DNA of 61,403 nucleotides, filler included, from Anaerolineae bacterium (GCA_029262755.1; 6 parts of 6 records of this genome joined end to end with filler, not necessarily neighbours in it); one strand, 5' to 3'; counted from the first letter of the whole stretch, positions 1 to 11,200 are shown. Program-made: numbers and translations. The notes: generated by a model not told the origin, from the letters alone.

Positions 1-1645
1 GGAGCCTGTCACCATGGGCCGCCATGGCCCGCGCGCGAATCGTTTCCAGGGTACGCGCAACACGCGGAGCCTGAGGCGTAGATATATCGACGATTCGCAC
101 GATGCCTTGCGCATCGGCTAGGTAGAGGGTGGTGGCGTCGACGTGCATCATCGCTGCACCCGTGCCGGGCCCGGGAATCTCATCCAGCCATGCCGGATCG
201 CCCACCGGCCGGCCGGTGGCCTGGTCGAGGGCGAGCGATACAAGACCGTTTCGGCGTGTCCACGCTTGAATCGATCGCCCGTCCGGTGCCGCGGCAACGC
301 GCTGGACGTCGGCCGTGACGCCCTGGCGGGTTTGAATGGCCGTCACGTGCGCGACGCGCCAGCCGCGACCTTCGTCACGCAGCCCACCGTCGGGGGGCGC
401 GTTGACGCGTTCCAGCTGATAGACACCAGCGGGCCCTGCCGCAGCCACGATGCCGTGGCCGAGCGCGGACAGGTGATGCAGGGTGGGCACCATGCCGCTG
501 GTCGGCCGCCCGGGCGGGGCGCCGACGGCGCTGCCGCGGAGCCTCGTCAATCCGCCGAGCGCGCTTGCAGCCCAGAGATTGGAGCCATCTTCGTTCCACA
601 TCATCCCGCCCCACGAAGACCGGCTTCCACCGAGCGCGTGGAGTGCGATGAGGCGCGGGGCGTGGGGGTCATGCAAATCGAAGACGAGCAAACGTCGGCC
701 CCCGCGGTCGAGCACCGCAACGTGTTGGGCGCTCATCCCGACAGCCAGCGGGTCCTCGATCGCGGGACCCGTGGTGGGAGCGAATGGCCCCACCGCGGCG
801 CGCCCGACCGACCCGATCGCTTCCGGCGCCAGGGGATTGCGTAGGGACACGATGGTCAACCCGTCGGCGCCGACAACGGCTGCAAACGCTCCACTCGGAT
901 CCATGTCGACATCGACCCCACCGACATGTTCGAGCGTGGAGACGAGACGCGGCGACAACGGATCCGCGGCATCGATCACATGCAAACCCGTCGGGCGCGC
1001 GACGAGCATCAGATCGTGGTGCATGGCGACATCACCGGCCGTGGCATCCTTCACTCTCTCGGGATCACGACCCACGACGTCCAGCGGCAACTCAAGGCGC
1101 AGCACGTGCGCTACGTTGGGGCGCGTGGGTCGCTTTAGATCGATCGTAATCAGACCCGCGTCGCCCAGTACCCAGGCGAACGAGCCATCCGAGACCACGC
1201 CCGATACCGTACGGGTTCCCGGCAGCGCCAGCGTGCCGATTTCCGCAGGCAGCGTTGGATCGGTGGCGTCGACGACACGCAGTCTCGCTGGGCGCCGCGC
1301 GAAGGGATCATCGGCCGCGACGATCACCATGCCGCGGGCATAGCTGAGCGCGCGCGGCACTTCCGTGAACGGCCGGCCCCAACCCACGATCTCCGATTCG
1401 CCTTCGCCGATTGCTGGATCCGTCCAGGCAACGACGCGCGGCCCGATCACGCTCCAGACGACGCCCTCGCCCCGTGCCACAGCGGTCACCGCACCGCCCA
1501 TCTGATCCGCCGGCCTTGCTCGTTCGGCCGGCACCGACTGTGCGTTCACCGCAATCGCAGAGGAGCAAAGCACGGCTACCCCCGCTGCAGCGGCGGCAAG
1601 TCGCGCTCGCATTCCGTTCGGCGTCGTGGACCTAGATCGGCTCAT
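1..1645 (-). CDS. Secreted LVIVD-repeat beta-propeller protein (3' end runs off the window)
   Basis: Not in the ORF track because it has no stop in the window. Read manually: ATG at 1645 after a GAGGGGA RBS, signal peptide MSRSRSTTPNGMRARLAAAAAGVAVLCSSAIAVNAQ, repeated LRVVDATDPTLP / LHVIDAADPLSP / LLVFDLHDPHAP / VRIVDISTPQAP motifs. The + ORFs 143..844 and 926..1138 are its antisense shadows. Confidence 0.85.
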   Translation of the reverse strand, partial: MSRSRSTTPNGMRARLAAAAAGVAVLCSSAIAVNAQSVPAERARPADQMGGAVTAVARGEGVVWSVIGPRVVAWTDPAIGEGESEIVGWGRPFTEVPRALSYARGMVIVAADDPFARRPARLRVVDATDPTLPAEIGTLALPGTRTVSGVVSDGSFAWVLGDAGLITIDLKRPTRPNVAHVLRLELPLDVVGRDPERVKDATAGDVAMHHDLMLVARPTGLHVIDAADPLSPRLVSTLEHVGGVDVDMDPSGAFAAVVGADGLTIVSLRNPLAPEAIGSVGRAAVGPFAPTTGPAIEDPLAVGMSAQHVAVLDRGGRRLLVFDLHDPHAPRLIALHALGGSRSSWGGMMWNEDGSNLWAASALGGLTRLRGSAVGAPPGRPTSGMVPTLHHLSALGHGIVAAAGPAGVYQLERVNAPPDGGLRDEGRGWRVAHVTAIQTRQGVTADVQRVAAAPDGRSIQAWTRRNGLVSLALDQATGRPVGDPAWLDEIPGPGTGAAMMHVDATTLYLADAQGIVRIVDISTPQAPRVARTLETIRARAMAAHGDRL

Positions 1646-1694
1646 GAACGCATCCCCTCGCGCAAGGCGTGCCACGTGAGATCACCTGCCTTCC

Positions 1695-1718
1695 ACGTGC
1701 ACACCCGGGTGTTGTTAC
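1695..1718 (-). promoter_or_regulatory. Candidate ECF-sigma-type promoter (GTAAC-N16-CGT) upstream of the LVIVD gene
   Basis: Minus strand reads GTAAC aacacccgggtgtgca CGT about 50 nt before the ATG, next to an ECF sigma/anti-sigma pair. Short motif, could be chance. Confidence 0.25.
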
Positions 1719-2004
1719 GTATTGACCTCTGCGATGATCCCCGCGCTTCTGAATTCAACACGCGAAGCCTCCGCCGCGGACGGTCTCCCGAAACGGACTC
1801 CCAGACCGATGCCCTGTTCCGCGAGTGCCGCTGTCCGTACTCGTCTTCCCTGCACTCTCAGCCTACGCCACGACCGTTGCACCAGCGTCCCGCGACACGG
1901 TGAACGCATGGAACCTGCTGCGGCGCACCACCGCGGCCGGGTCGTGCGGGCAGCACAGCGGCCTGGGGTCGCCCTTGGTAGACGCCGGCGCTCGTCAACG
2001 CCTT

Positions 2005-3225
2005 TCATGGCGAGGCCTCCAACACGATGCGCGCAAGAGCGCTTCCTTCCGCCACGGAAAGCACCTGTGCGTTACGTCGCTGCGAGGCACCGCGATACCA
2101 TCCGTCGCGCACAGCGATCGGATTGCGCGCAGAGCCGCCCGACGGCGATTCCCAACGCACGCGAAGCTGATAGTCGCCCGGAGGCAGGTCGAGTCGCCAT
2201 GCCCCATCTGCGTCCGAGTCGATGAGCCATGGCCCCACACCGTCCATGCGGTACGCCAAGACGACCGCGTCGGCCAGAGGATTGCCCTGTTCATCCCGAG
2301 CGGTTCCGGAAAGCCCCGTGAAGCCGCTCTCTACGATCCACTCCGGCGTCGGCGTTGCTGGATCCGTCGACGGCGTCGCGCCGCGTCGCCCCGGGGCCGT
2401 CGTAGGCAGTCCGGTCGTTGCCGGGGGGCGTTCCGGCGGCGCATCGGTCGGTGCGCGCAGCGGCGTCGCGGCGCGGCGGTCCGTGCCCGAATCGGCCGCA
2501 CGCCACGGCGTCGGGCTCGCCGACGCGTCTCGGGCGGGCACGCCGGACGTTCCGGCCGGCGAGCGGGCCGCTTGGGCCGCCGGACTCGGGGAGCCGATGG
2601 GCGCGCGATCCGGAGCGGCCGCATCGTCCGGCGACGTCTGGATCAGCTCGTCGCCATTTCGGTCGGCGTCCTCACGGTCGGCTCGTGCGTCCGCGGCAGC
2701 AGTTGCTTCGGCGGGCGCAACGCCGCCGATATCGCTGGGCGAAGCGGTGCCACGTTGAAGCGCATCGTCGCCCGTCCCATTCTCCGCCGGAGCGGGTCGC
2801 ATCGGCGTCGTGGTCGCCGTCTCAGAAACCTGCGGCAGCAAGCCGCCGATAGGGCCGCCGGGTCCGTACTGCAAGAAGCCGTAACCCGCGGCGGCCGTGC
2901 CCAAGGCAAGACCGGTGGCGAGGATGAGCGTCCAAGGACCCGCGCCGCCCGAATCCAGGCCGGACGAGCCCGTCGGCGGAGCGCCCGCGGAGGGACCACC
3001 GTCCAGCTCGCGCGCAAGCGCTTCCAGCTCTTTGCGCATTTGATGACGCAGGCCTTCCGGCATGGTCGGTAGGGTGCGCACCTCGTCGGCCGCCCACAGC
3101 AAGGGCCGAAGCTCGTCCCGTAGATCGGCGAAGGGCTCGAGTGCCTCCTCGGAGGAGGCACCACCCCGTATTGCCTCAAGGCACGCGTGCAGGGCCGCGT
3201 CGAAGCGTCGTTCTTCGCGCTTCAT
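2005..3225 (-). CDS. Putative membrane anti-sigma factor with C-terminal carboxypeptidase-regulatory-like (Ig) domain
   Basis: ATGA-coupled to the ECF sigma. N-terminus FDAALHACLEAIRGGASSEEALEPFADLRDELRPLL resembles that of 20154..21560. One TM helix, a Pro/Thr/Ala linker, then LSGTARDEQGNPLADAVV...GAWRLDLPPGDYQLRV. Confidence 0.75.
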   Translation of the reverse strand: MKREERRFDAALHACLEAIRGGASSEEALEPFADLRDELRPLLWAADEVRTLPTMPEGLRHQMRKELEALARELDGGPSAGAPPTGSSGLDSGGAGPWTLILATGLALGTAAAGYGFLQYGPGGPIGGLLPQVSETATTTPMRPAPAENGTGDDALQRGTASPSDIGGVAPAEATAAADARADREDADRNGDELIQTSPDDAAAPDRAPIGSPSPAAQAARSPAGTSGVPARDASASPTPWRAADSGTDRRAATPLRAPTDAPPERPPATTGLPTTAPGRRGATPSTDPATPTPEWIVESGFTGLSGTARDEQGNPLADAVVLAYRMDGVGPWLIDSDADGAWRLDLPPGDYQLRVRWESPSGGSARNPIAVRDGWYRGASQRRNAQVLSVAEGSALARIVLEASP

Positions 3226-3836
3226 GAGGATGCCTGCCCGTCGAACGCGCGTTGGAGTGCGCGCAGCGCGCGACGCTGCAGCTTCTTCACGGCGTCTTCC
3301 GAGCGGCCGACGATTCCCGCCGTCTCAGCCAGCGAGAGCCCCGAGCCGAAGCGGAGCCCTAACACTTCGACTTGGAGGTCTGTCAGCTGTTCGGAGGCCC
3401 GCCCGATGGATTGCAGCTTCATGCTTCGATCCGCGCGCTCCCACGGGTCGATCTCAGACGAGGCGTCCGCCAAACGCGCCAAGGGATCATCGTGCTCGTC
3501 GTCGGAAGAGCCCGAGCCCGAGATCGTTTGCGGCCGTGCCTTGCTGCGTCGCCAATGGTTGACGACCATGTTGTGCGCAATGCGCATCAGCCAGCCCTCG
3601 AAGCGTTCCAGATCCTGCAATCGTGGCAACCCACGCAGAACGTTGATGAACACGTCCTGCGTAAGGTCATGCGCGGTCGATTCTCGACGGACACGAAACA
3701 GGACATAGCGATAGACTCGATCCACGTACGCCTCGTAGAGCTCGCCGAAAGCGCGCTCCTCCCCCTGTCGAGCCCTTTCGATTAGCTCCCGCGGCGCACC
3801 CGAGTCCTCCTGCGATCTCGTCACGGCCCAATCCAA
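3222..3836 (-). CDS. ECF RNA polymerase sigma-70 factor
   Basis: Region 2 AFGELYEAYVDRVYRYVLFRV..AHDLTQDVF..FEGWLMRIAHN; region 4 LTDLQVEVLGLRFGSGLSLAETAGIVGRSEDAVKKLQRRAL. Start uncertain (TTG 3836). Confidence 0.93.
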   Translation of the reverse strand: MDWAVTRSQEDSGAPRELIERARQGEERAFGELYEAYVDRVYRYVLFRVRRESTAHDLTQDVFINVLRGLPRLQDLERFEGWLMRIAHNMVVNHWRRSKARPQTISGSGSSDDEHDDPLARLADASSEIDPWERADRSMKLQSIGRASEQLTDLQVEVLGLRFGSGLSLAETAGIVGRSEDAVKKLQRRALRALQRAFDGQASS

Positions 3837-3866
3837 CGATGGTCGAAGCTACCCAAATGCGTGGCC

Positions 3867-3896
3867 GTGCACCCAAAAAACAGACTTGGGTGGCAC
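3867..3896. other. Inverted repeat/hairpin between the SDR and ECF sigma genes
   Basis: GTGCACCCAA aaaacagac TTGGGTGGCAC; ACCCAAA also occurs at 3851. Terminator or operator role unresolved. Confidence 0.35.
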
Positions 3897-3960
3897 CGGC
3901 ACGATAGATGGGACGCATGGGCACCCCCGCAGGGGACGGCCGTCCGCGATCCGGTCCGTC

Positions 3961-4704
3961 TCACTCGGCCCGCAGATCGAGACGCTTGTGGACACGCTCC
4001 GGTACCACCTGCGCAATCGCTACGATCCATCGCCACCAGCCGGGCAGGTATGCCACATCCTTGCGCGCCACGATCGCCGCGTGCGCCAAGCGGCCGGCGC
4101 GTTCGGGCTCGATGAAGAGCCGTCCGCCCTTCTTGTGCGCCGTCATGGGCGTGCGCACGGGTCCGGGGCGCAGATCGACGACCGAGACCCCGGCCGCGTG
4201 CATCCGAGCCCGCAAGCCCTGCAAGAAGGTGCTGACGGCCGCCTTCGCCGAGCCATAGACGTAGTTCTCGCGCCGTCCGCGCTGTCCGGCCACGCTCGTG
4301 ATCACAGCGATGGTGCCGCTGCCCTGCGCCGCCAGGGCCGTGGCGGCCGGCATCAATAGCGCCATGATGCTGATCGCGTTGACCGACATCGCCGTACGCA
4401 GGGTCTCACCATCCTGCTCGCAGGCGGCTTGATCGGGAATCATGCCGTGCGCGATAAACACCAGATCGAGGCCGCCCAGCACGCGCTGCGCGTCGCGGAT
4501 AAGCGTGTCGTATCGATCCGTCTCCAGAACGTCGAAGCGCACGCAGGACACGGCTGCCGCGCCGGACTCGCGCACCACGCGCGCGGTGCGAGCCAGCCTC
4601 TCTGAGTCCCGACCCGTGATCACGAACCGCGCACCGTCGCGCGCGAAACAGCGTGCGGTTTCGCGCGCGATCGCGGAGGTCGCGCCGATGATCAGGATGC
4701 GCAT
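3961..4704 (-). CDS. SDR family oxidoreductase, DprE2-like
   Basis: GATSAIA Rossmann motif, ITSVAGQRGRRENYVYGSAKAA (YxxxK), RPGPVRTPMT. Confidence 0.85.
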   Translation of the reverse strand: MRILIIGATSAIARETARCFARDGARFVITGRDSERLARTARVVRESGAAAVSCVRFDVLETDRYDTLIRDAQRVLGGLDLVFIAHGMIPDQAACEQDGETLRTAMSVNAISIMALLMPAATALAAQGSGTIAVITSVAGQRGRRENYVYGSAKAAVSTFLQGLRARMHAAGVSVVDLRPGPVRTPMTAHKKGGRLFIEPERAGRLAHAAIVARKDVAYLPGWWRWIVAIAQVVPERVHKRLDLRAE

Positions 4705-4852
4705 GGAGCCCCGCCCATCCTTCGTCGGCCGAATCTCAGACCCAGTTGCTTCAAACTACGGTACGTTGGCATGTTGGGAGTATGCCACGACGCCAAAAAG
4801 GCAAGCGGCCAACCGGCGCCGACGCGGCCAAGGACACAGGGTGGGGGAGCCC

Positions 4853-7800
4853 TTACTCGCGCGGCGCGTCAGCCGCCCACGGCTGCGGGCACGGTCGAAG
4901 CGAACGGGCCAAGTGGTCATAGAGGTCAACAAGCTGCCCTCCGTCCACGGCGCGCGAGACATGACCGGCGCCGACGACCGCTTCCAGCCAAACGGGGTCC
5001 GGATCGGGGCCGAATGCGACGGCGTGCAGCGTCACTTCGGCGGAGCGAAGTCGGGCGCCCAATTCCGTTGTGGCGTCTGCCGTTCCGGCCTGAGGAACCC
5101 CGTCCGTTAGCAACACCACGACCGCGCGCGTCGTCTCGCTGCGCCATGCGCCCACGGTCCGCAGCTCGCTCTCGGCCGCCGCAAGTGCGCGATCCATCCG
5201 CGTCCCCGGTCGTGGTCCGAGGCGGTCGAGAGCCGCCGCCAGCTCCCGCCGATCCGGTCCTCGAGCCACGAGCTCCGTCTCACCATCAAAACGGAGTACG
5301 CTCAGATCGTCTCGTCCGGATTCCATGGCTCCGGCAAAACGCAGGACGGCACGCCGCGCCGCGCTGAGCTTGTCCTGGGCATCGGGTCCCGCCGCGGCCG
5401 GCCCCGCCATACTGCTCGACGTATCGACGAGCAACACGACGTGCATTCGAAGGGCCGGACAGGTATCGCGTACGGCAACCGGCAACCAGATTCGGTGCGG
5501 CTCGGGACGTGGCGTTGGCGAAGGCGCGCGTACCGCTACGTAGGGAACCGGGTGGACGACGCGACCGGCGTTGCCGAAGCCATCGACGAATTCAGAGACC
5601 GTCTCGACGCTGATCGGCCGGTCGCCGAGCGCGGTCGGGCGGAGTCGGTAGCGAAGGTGCAAACCGGGTTCCGGAACGTTCTGGAAGGTCCAGCTTAGGC
5701 TGTGTGTAGCCGCATCATAGTGCGGCTCGGCCGGACGTCCGCTTCCCGCGACCCATGCCATGTCGGCCGGCAACGAATCGCGGACGCTCACCGTTCGCAT
5801 GAGCTCCACGGCCTCGATCCGACGCGCGATCTCGCGATACACGGAGCGTAGCTCGACCGGCGTCGGGCTGCGGAGGTAGTGCGCTTCATCCGTCGCCAGG
5901 GTGCGCAGCATGGTCGCGTTCGTGTCGTCACCGAGGCCGACCGCGTACACGATGATCCCTTCGGCCCGAAGTTGGTCCGCGATCGCGAGCAGCCCTGGTG
6001 GATCGACGATCTCCCCACGCGCAGGGTCCCAGTGACGGCCATCCGTCAGAAAGAGAATCACGCGGCTTGTGCCCGGCCGAATCTGGCCGTCCACGAGCGC
6101 ATCGCGCGCTGCCGACAGGCCACCGACGATATCGGTCCAGCCCTCGATGTCGAGACCGAGCAGCGCGTCGATGATCCGCACACGTTCGGAGGTCAGATCG
6201 AGCAGTCGCTCGGCTCGCCCAGCGAACGCGACCACCGCGATGCGAGCGAGCAACGGATCGGTGCGCGCCGTGAAGGAGAGGGCGGCCTCCCGAGCCGCAG
6301 CGAGCTTCGCCCCACGCATCGATCCCGAGCGATCGATTGCGAGCACGACGTCGCTGCGCCGCTCCTCGCGGGGGCAGGAGCCGTCGAGGGTCAGGCTCAC
6401 CTCGACCTCTTCGCCGAGCACGATCGCACTCGGCAGCGCACCCTTGTTCGGCAGGACGGAGCAATGGGCTGCTGCGCTCGGGGCGATCGCCGGCGCTGCA
6501 TCGGGGTGCGCCTCATAGACGCGAACCGCACCGCCCCCATCCGCGACGAAGACCCGGCCGGCGTCATCCACCCCGAGGTCAACGGGCACCTCAGCCGGCG
6601 AACCGACCGGCCACGCGGCCACGACCGTGCCATCCGGACGGGCACGCACCACCCAGCCGGCCGAAGAGAGCGTGTACGCGTCGCCCTCCGGGCCGGCGGC
6701 GACGCGGTTGGCGCCCGAAGGAATCGCGATCTCAGCAACCGGGCGTCCGTCCATGTCGCGCACTTCGACGACACCGGCCCCCGCGCGGGCAATGAACACG
6801 TGCCGCTCGGCTAGGGCCACGTCCACGGCACCGCGAAAGCTGCCGTCAGGCGCCAGATCGAGGATCGCTGTGGGGCGAAGGCTGCTGTCCAGCATACGCA
6901 CTTCTTGGGCTCGAAGATCCAGCACGGCAACACGGCGCCCTGCGGCGGACAGGGCCACAACATGATGCTCCGAATCCCGCATGCGTCGCGACGATCCGAC
7001 GCGAGTTCCGCGTTCAAAGCGGTGCACGACGCCATCACCGTCCAGCACGTAGGTTGCTTCGCCCGCGGAGGCAACGTCGACCGTCTCGCGCGCGAGCGGA
7101 GCCTCCCACGCCCATGTGCCGCGCACGTGCCAGCCATGGACCCTGGCATGGCCGCCCACGAGCACGAGCTCTGCTCCAACATCGACCGCCTGCGGCCCGG
7201 CGGGTCCCGTTCGCTGGCTGCGCAGATCGTGCTCGAGCGCGTCGAGCCGGCCGATGTTCATCACTCCCACGCCCTTCACCGCGACGTGCACAAAGGAATC
7301 GTTATCGATCGCAAGGTCGACCACCGAGCCCAACGCGAGGGCGCTGGCGGTTCCCTTGCGCACCGAATCGATCTGCGCCATCGAGACGAGGCCCTCGCCG
7401 TCGAGGTGTACAAGCAGGTTCTCGATCGGTTGGAAGGAAGCACCGCCCAGCGGCGGCGCCGCGAGCGCGCCCACATCGGTCAGGTCAAAACGGCTGGAAC
7501 CGAGATCGTTCACTTGATACACGCCGGCTGTGAACGGCAATGCATCGCCCACATAGAACGTGGCGCCCCCCAGGCCCATCAAGCCGCCCCAAGCCAGGGA
7601 GTCCGGCCTGCCCAACCTGGACAACGAAATCCGCCGCTCGATGCCTCCGTCGGGATCGAGCCCGATGATCTCCCGAGCCGGCCCCGATATGACACCGATG
7701 CGGGGGCCAGCGCCGGTGTCGTAGACGGTCATGCCGCGTGGGCCGTCGATGCGCCACTGTGTCTGCGTCACGCCCTCGTGGTTGAGCAGCAGGACCCGAT

Positions 7801-8233
7801 CGCCACCCACGTCCGCAACCGCAAACCGACCGTCGGGTAGGGCCGCAAGGGCCGCGGGTTCGCCGAGTCCGTTCGCAGCTCCTTGGCGGCCGTCCCAGAC
7901 GGCGATTTCTCGCCCATCCTGGAACACCCGAACCGCACTTACTTCGCGATCCGTGGCATACACACGGCCGCCTTGCGACGCGACGCCGCCGACGGAGTGC
8001 CCGGCGGGCCAAGGAGCCCGTTGCATCGCCGGACCGGCCCACACAGGCGACCACGTGTCCGCCAGGCGATACCCGACGGTCGGTTGGCTTACCGGCGCGG
8101 CCTGAACGGCCCACTTGGGGGCACGCTCGGGGACAGACCAGGGCGGGCTCGTAGCCAGGATGAACCCTGCCGCGCAGCCTAGGGCCAAGCGGCCCAGAAA
8201 GCGCGTGCTTCGCGGTGCAGGTGTCCGGCTCAT
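4853..8233 (-). CDS. Secreted NHL/beta-propeller + two VWA domain protein (1126 aa)
   Basis: Start MSRTPAP at 8233 (ATGA overlap with the upstream gene), signal-like N-terminus, propeller repeats (PAALAALPDGRFAVADVGGDRV; PVDLGVDDAGRVFVAD), MIDAS motifs DRSGSM and DTSSSM with FLTDG/LLTDG. Confidence 0.85.
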   Translation of the reverse strand: MSRTPAPRSTRFLGRLALGCAAGFILATSPPWSVPERAPKWAVQAAPVSQPTVGYRLADTWSPVWAGPAMQRAPWPAGHSVGGVASQGGRVYATDREVSAVRVFQDGREIAVWDGRQGAANGLGEPAALAALPDGRFAVADVGGDRVLLLNHEGVTQTQWRIDGPRGMTVYDTGAGPRIGVISGPAREIIGLDPDGGIERRISLSRLGRPDSLAWGGLMGLGGATFYVGDALPFTAGVYQVNDLGSSRFDLTDVGALAAPPLGGASFQPIENLLVHLDGEGLVSMAQIDSVRKGTASALALGSVVDLAIDNDSFVHVAVKGVGVMNIGRLDALEHDLRSQRTGPAGPQAVDVGAELVLVGGHARVHGWHVRGTWAWEAPLARETVDVASAGEATYVLDGDGVVHRFERGTRVGSSRRMRDSEHHVVALSAAGRRVAVLDLRAQEVRMLDSSLRPTAILDLAPDGSFRGAVDVALAERHVFIARAGAGVVEVRDMDGRPVAEIAIPSGANRVAAGPEGDAYTLSSAGWVVRARPDGTVVAAWPVGSPAEVPVDLGVDDAGRVFVADGGGAVRVYEAHPDAAPAIAPSAAAHCSVLPNKGALPSAIVLGEEVEVSLTLDGSCPREERRSDVVLAIDRSGSMRGAKLAAAREAALSFTARTDPLLARIAVVAFAGRAERLLDLTSERVRIIDALLGLDIEGWTDIVGGLSAARDALVDGQIRPGTSRVILFLTDGRHWDPARGEIVDPPGLLAIADQLRAEGIIVYAVGLGDDTNATMLRTLATDEAHYLRSPTPVELRSVYREIARRIEAVELMRTVSVRDSLPADMAWVAGSGRPAEPHYDAATHSLSWTFQNVPEPGLHLRYRLRPTALGDRPISVETVSEFVDGFGNAGRVVHPVPYVAVRAPSPTPRPEPHRIWLPVAVRDTCPALRMHVVLLVDTSSSMAGPAAAGPDAQDKLSAARRAVLRFAGAMESGRDDLSVLRFDGETELVARGPDRRELAAALDRLGPRPGTRMDRALAAAESELRTVGAWRSETTRAVVVLLTDGVPQAGTADATTELGARLRSAEVTLHAVAFGPDPDPVWLEAVVGAGHVSRAVDGGQLVDLYDHLARSLRPCPQPWAADAPRE

Positions 8234-11200
8234 GGCAGGGTCTCCGCTTGCAGATAGGGCAGGAACAGCCTGTGCGCCTCTGGTTGGACGGGCTTCGGAT
8301 CCGTCGGATCGCCCTCGACCTCGACGGAGGGGATCGGGAGCGGCGCGTTCCCCCACCGGGCACCATACCGATAACGGACGTTCGCCGACCAAGCCATCGG
8401 AACCGATCCGGCCGTTTCGGGCCGGCCCCGTAGCCACGTCTGCAACCGATCACCCACCTCGAGGCGCTCGGCGAACCAACTCCACGCCGCGGCGTCCCCA
8501 CGTGCGCCGGACGCTACCGCCTCGATGGAAAGCGTGCCGGCAGAAGGGGGCGCAATGCGCAGATTCACCGCTTCCGCCGCGCTGGGGGCGAACGTTTCGG
8601 CCAACGCACGGACGACGTCCGGCCACTCCGAGGGCGTAGCGGTATCGAATGCTAGTTCCGGGCGCGAGGCCATTGCGGCAAACGTTGGGTCACAGGGTGC
8701 GGTACAGATCGTCGCCAACGCAACTCCCGTAGCATGCAGCCTGCGTGCCGCAGCCATGGACGCCGCCGCCGTCGCGTGGGACACATCGCCGTCCGAGATC
8801 AGGATGACGGCCGTCGGCACGGAGGGCCTTCGCTCGTCCAATACGATGCGGGCGGCCTCCAGGGCCGCAGGCAAGTCGGTGACGCCCTCCGCGCGCAAAG
8901 CACGGGCGACCCTGCGCAGTTCGTCGCGTTCGACGGTGAGTCCGAGCACCGGTGAGGGTCGGTCCGCGAACGCGACCAGCCCCACGCGAGCATCGACGGA
9001 TTCGCCGCGGGCGTCAAGCGCATCGACGAACGCCAAGGCGGCACTGCGTGCAGCAGCGATGCGACCGAGCGCCCCCATGGATGCGGAACGATCCAGAGCG
9101 AGGACGACGTCGAGCCGGGGCAGGCGGTCGCCGCTCGTGCAGTCGATGGCGACCGACCACGTTGCGGTCACGGCCGCACCTTGCTCCACCCGATCGGGCA
9201 CCGCGGAGGACGTTGCTTCCACTATGCAAGGACCGCTCGCGGCGGGCGGGAGAACCCGCACGAAAGGCGCGGGCACAACCGTCTCTCCTCGTGACCCATC
9301 GAGCCCCGTCCAAGACGCGTGTGCCGTGCCCAATGCCACATCACCCGCCCGCAAGGGCTCCACGCGATAGGTCCAACCTCCGCCACCGGTCGGAAGGGCA
9401 CCCCACGAGATGGTGACGCCCAACGTGGTAGTCACGACCGAGGTCGGGACGGGGTCGATGCTGCCCACGTCGAGCCGCACATCGCTGGGCACATGGTCGG
9501 TGAGCACAAGCGACTCCGGCCGACCGGCGCGCAGCGCAGCCGCCCATCCGGCCAAGCGGTCGGAAAGGGACTCGGGCGTGGGCGCGCGCAGGTGATGCCG
9601 AGGCCTTGTCGCGGCCGCCGCAAGAGCGGGATCGCAGCTACGGGCATAGCACAGCGTCCAAAGGGGCGTCCCGGCGACGCGCATCTGCTCGGCGACCGCC
9701 AATAGGGCCGCAGTTCCGGCCGAATCGCGTCCGTCGCTGAGAAGCAGAGCGCTGCCCGCGCGGTCCGCCGGTGTCGTGTCGAGCATTCGCACGACGTCTT
9801 CCAGCGCACCCGCCAGGTTGGTTCCGCCTTCGGGCTCGATTGCGGCGAGCGCGGCGCGCAGGGTCGCGCGCTGAGTTGTGGGAGCAATCCGGGTTCGCAC
9901 GGCATGGTGGAAGATCACGAGGCCGATCCGAAGATCACCGCCGGCCAAGGCGGGCGCAAGCATATCGAGCACGGCCTCCACCGCGGCCCGCTCCGCTTCC
10001 CATCGCTCCCCCGCCATCGACTCGGATGCATCGAGCGCCAGCACGATATCCATCGGCGCCGCGTGATCGTCGGGGCAATCGAGCCCCATCGCGATATGGA
10101 TATCGGCAGTAGCGCCCAGCTCGATCTCCCCTGGCGCCACACGCTTGGCGGCACGCGGCACGCAGTTCGGTCGCGGGGAGAGCCGGGGACGCACCTCGAT
10201 CGTGCCGAGGGGGAGAGGTGCATGACTGCTTCCTCCGCCCGCGTGGTGGAGCACGACCGCGCCGCCCCCACCGAGTGGCAACACACCGTCCAGCGCGGGA
10301 CGGGCCCGGTACGTGGCCGTGATCGTCCGCCCCTCACCGGTTGCGAGGGCATCCCACCGAACGACCTCTTCCCCGGCGGCACCCCCTGCCGGGCGTGCGG
10401 AGCCCGCCTCGACGTCGAAGAACCCGCCGACGGAATCGTGGATCGACAACGTCTCCGGCACGAGCCGCCGTCCGGACTGCGCATCCCATGTACTGCCGGC
10501 GTCGCGGGCGAGGCTTGCCCAGTCCCGCGGTGCGTCCGCGCCCGGTGCGTCGCTACATCCGCCTCCGACGCAGACGATCTCCACGCCCACGCCGGCAGAG
10601 TCTGCAGCACGGCGCAGAGCCGCAATCGTTCCCGCCTTACGCGCCGGTGCCCCCGCATGCGTGAGCCAGAGAATCTGCCGGTGATGACCCGGCCACGACG
10701 GTAGTTGCTGCAATAGCTCCGGTCCCAGCAACGCCGGCGCCCCGCCCGCTTCGCCCAGCGCGTCACGCACCGCCGCGTCGATTCGAGCCATGTCGCTTGA
10801 CGGTCCGATCATTCGGTTGGGCCCGCTACCCGGAAGCGCTAGCGCCACGATCGCGCGACGTTCATCTGCCGCAGCGACCAACGCGCTCACGGCTGCGCGG
10901 GCGGCCGGCACGTGGCCAGCGTTCGTTGGGGGATCGAGGACGAGCAGGGCCGCCATGCGTTCGGCAAACGGGTCACAGCGTCCGATCGTCACACCCAGCG
11001 CGACCGTCATCGGCTCGCCGACGCGGATCACGGCCGGCTCGATCCTGCGACGACGCGTGATCTCGCAACCAGGCACCGGCGCGTCGGCAGCGATCCGGAG
11101 TGACGCCACATCCGCGGGCACCGTGCTGCGTTCTCCGGTTGGGGACTCCCAGCGCAGGATCGTGGGCCAGCTGACACGCCAAGCACCCGATGGCTCCTGC

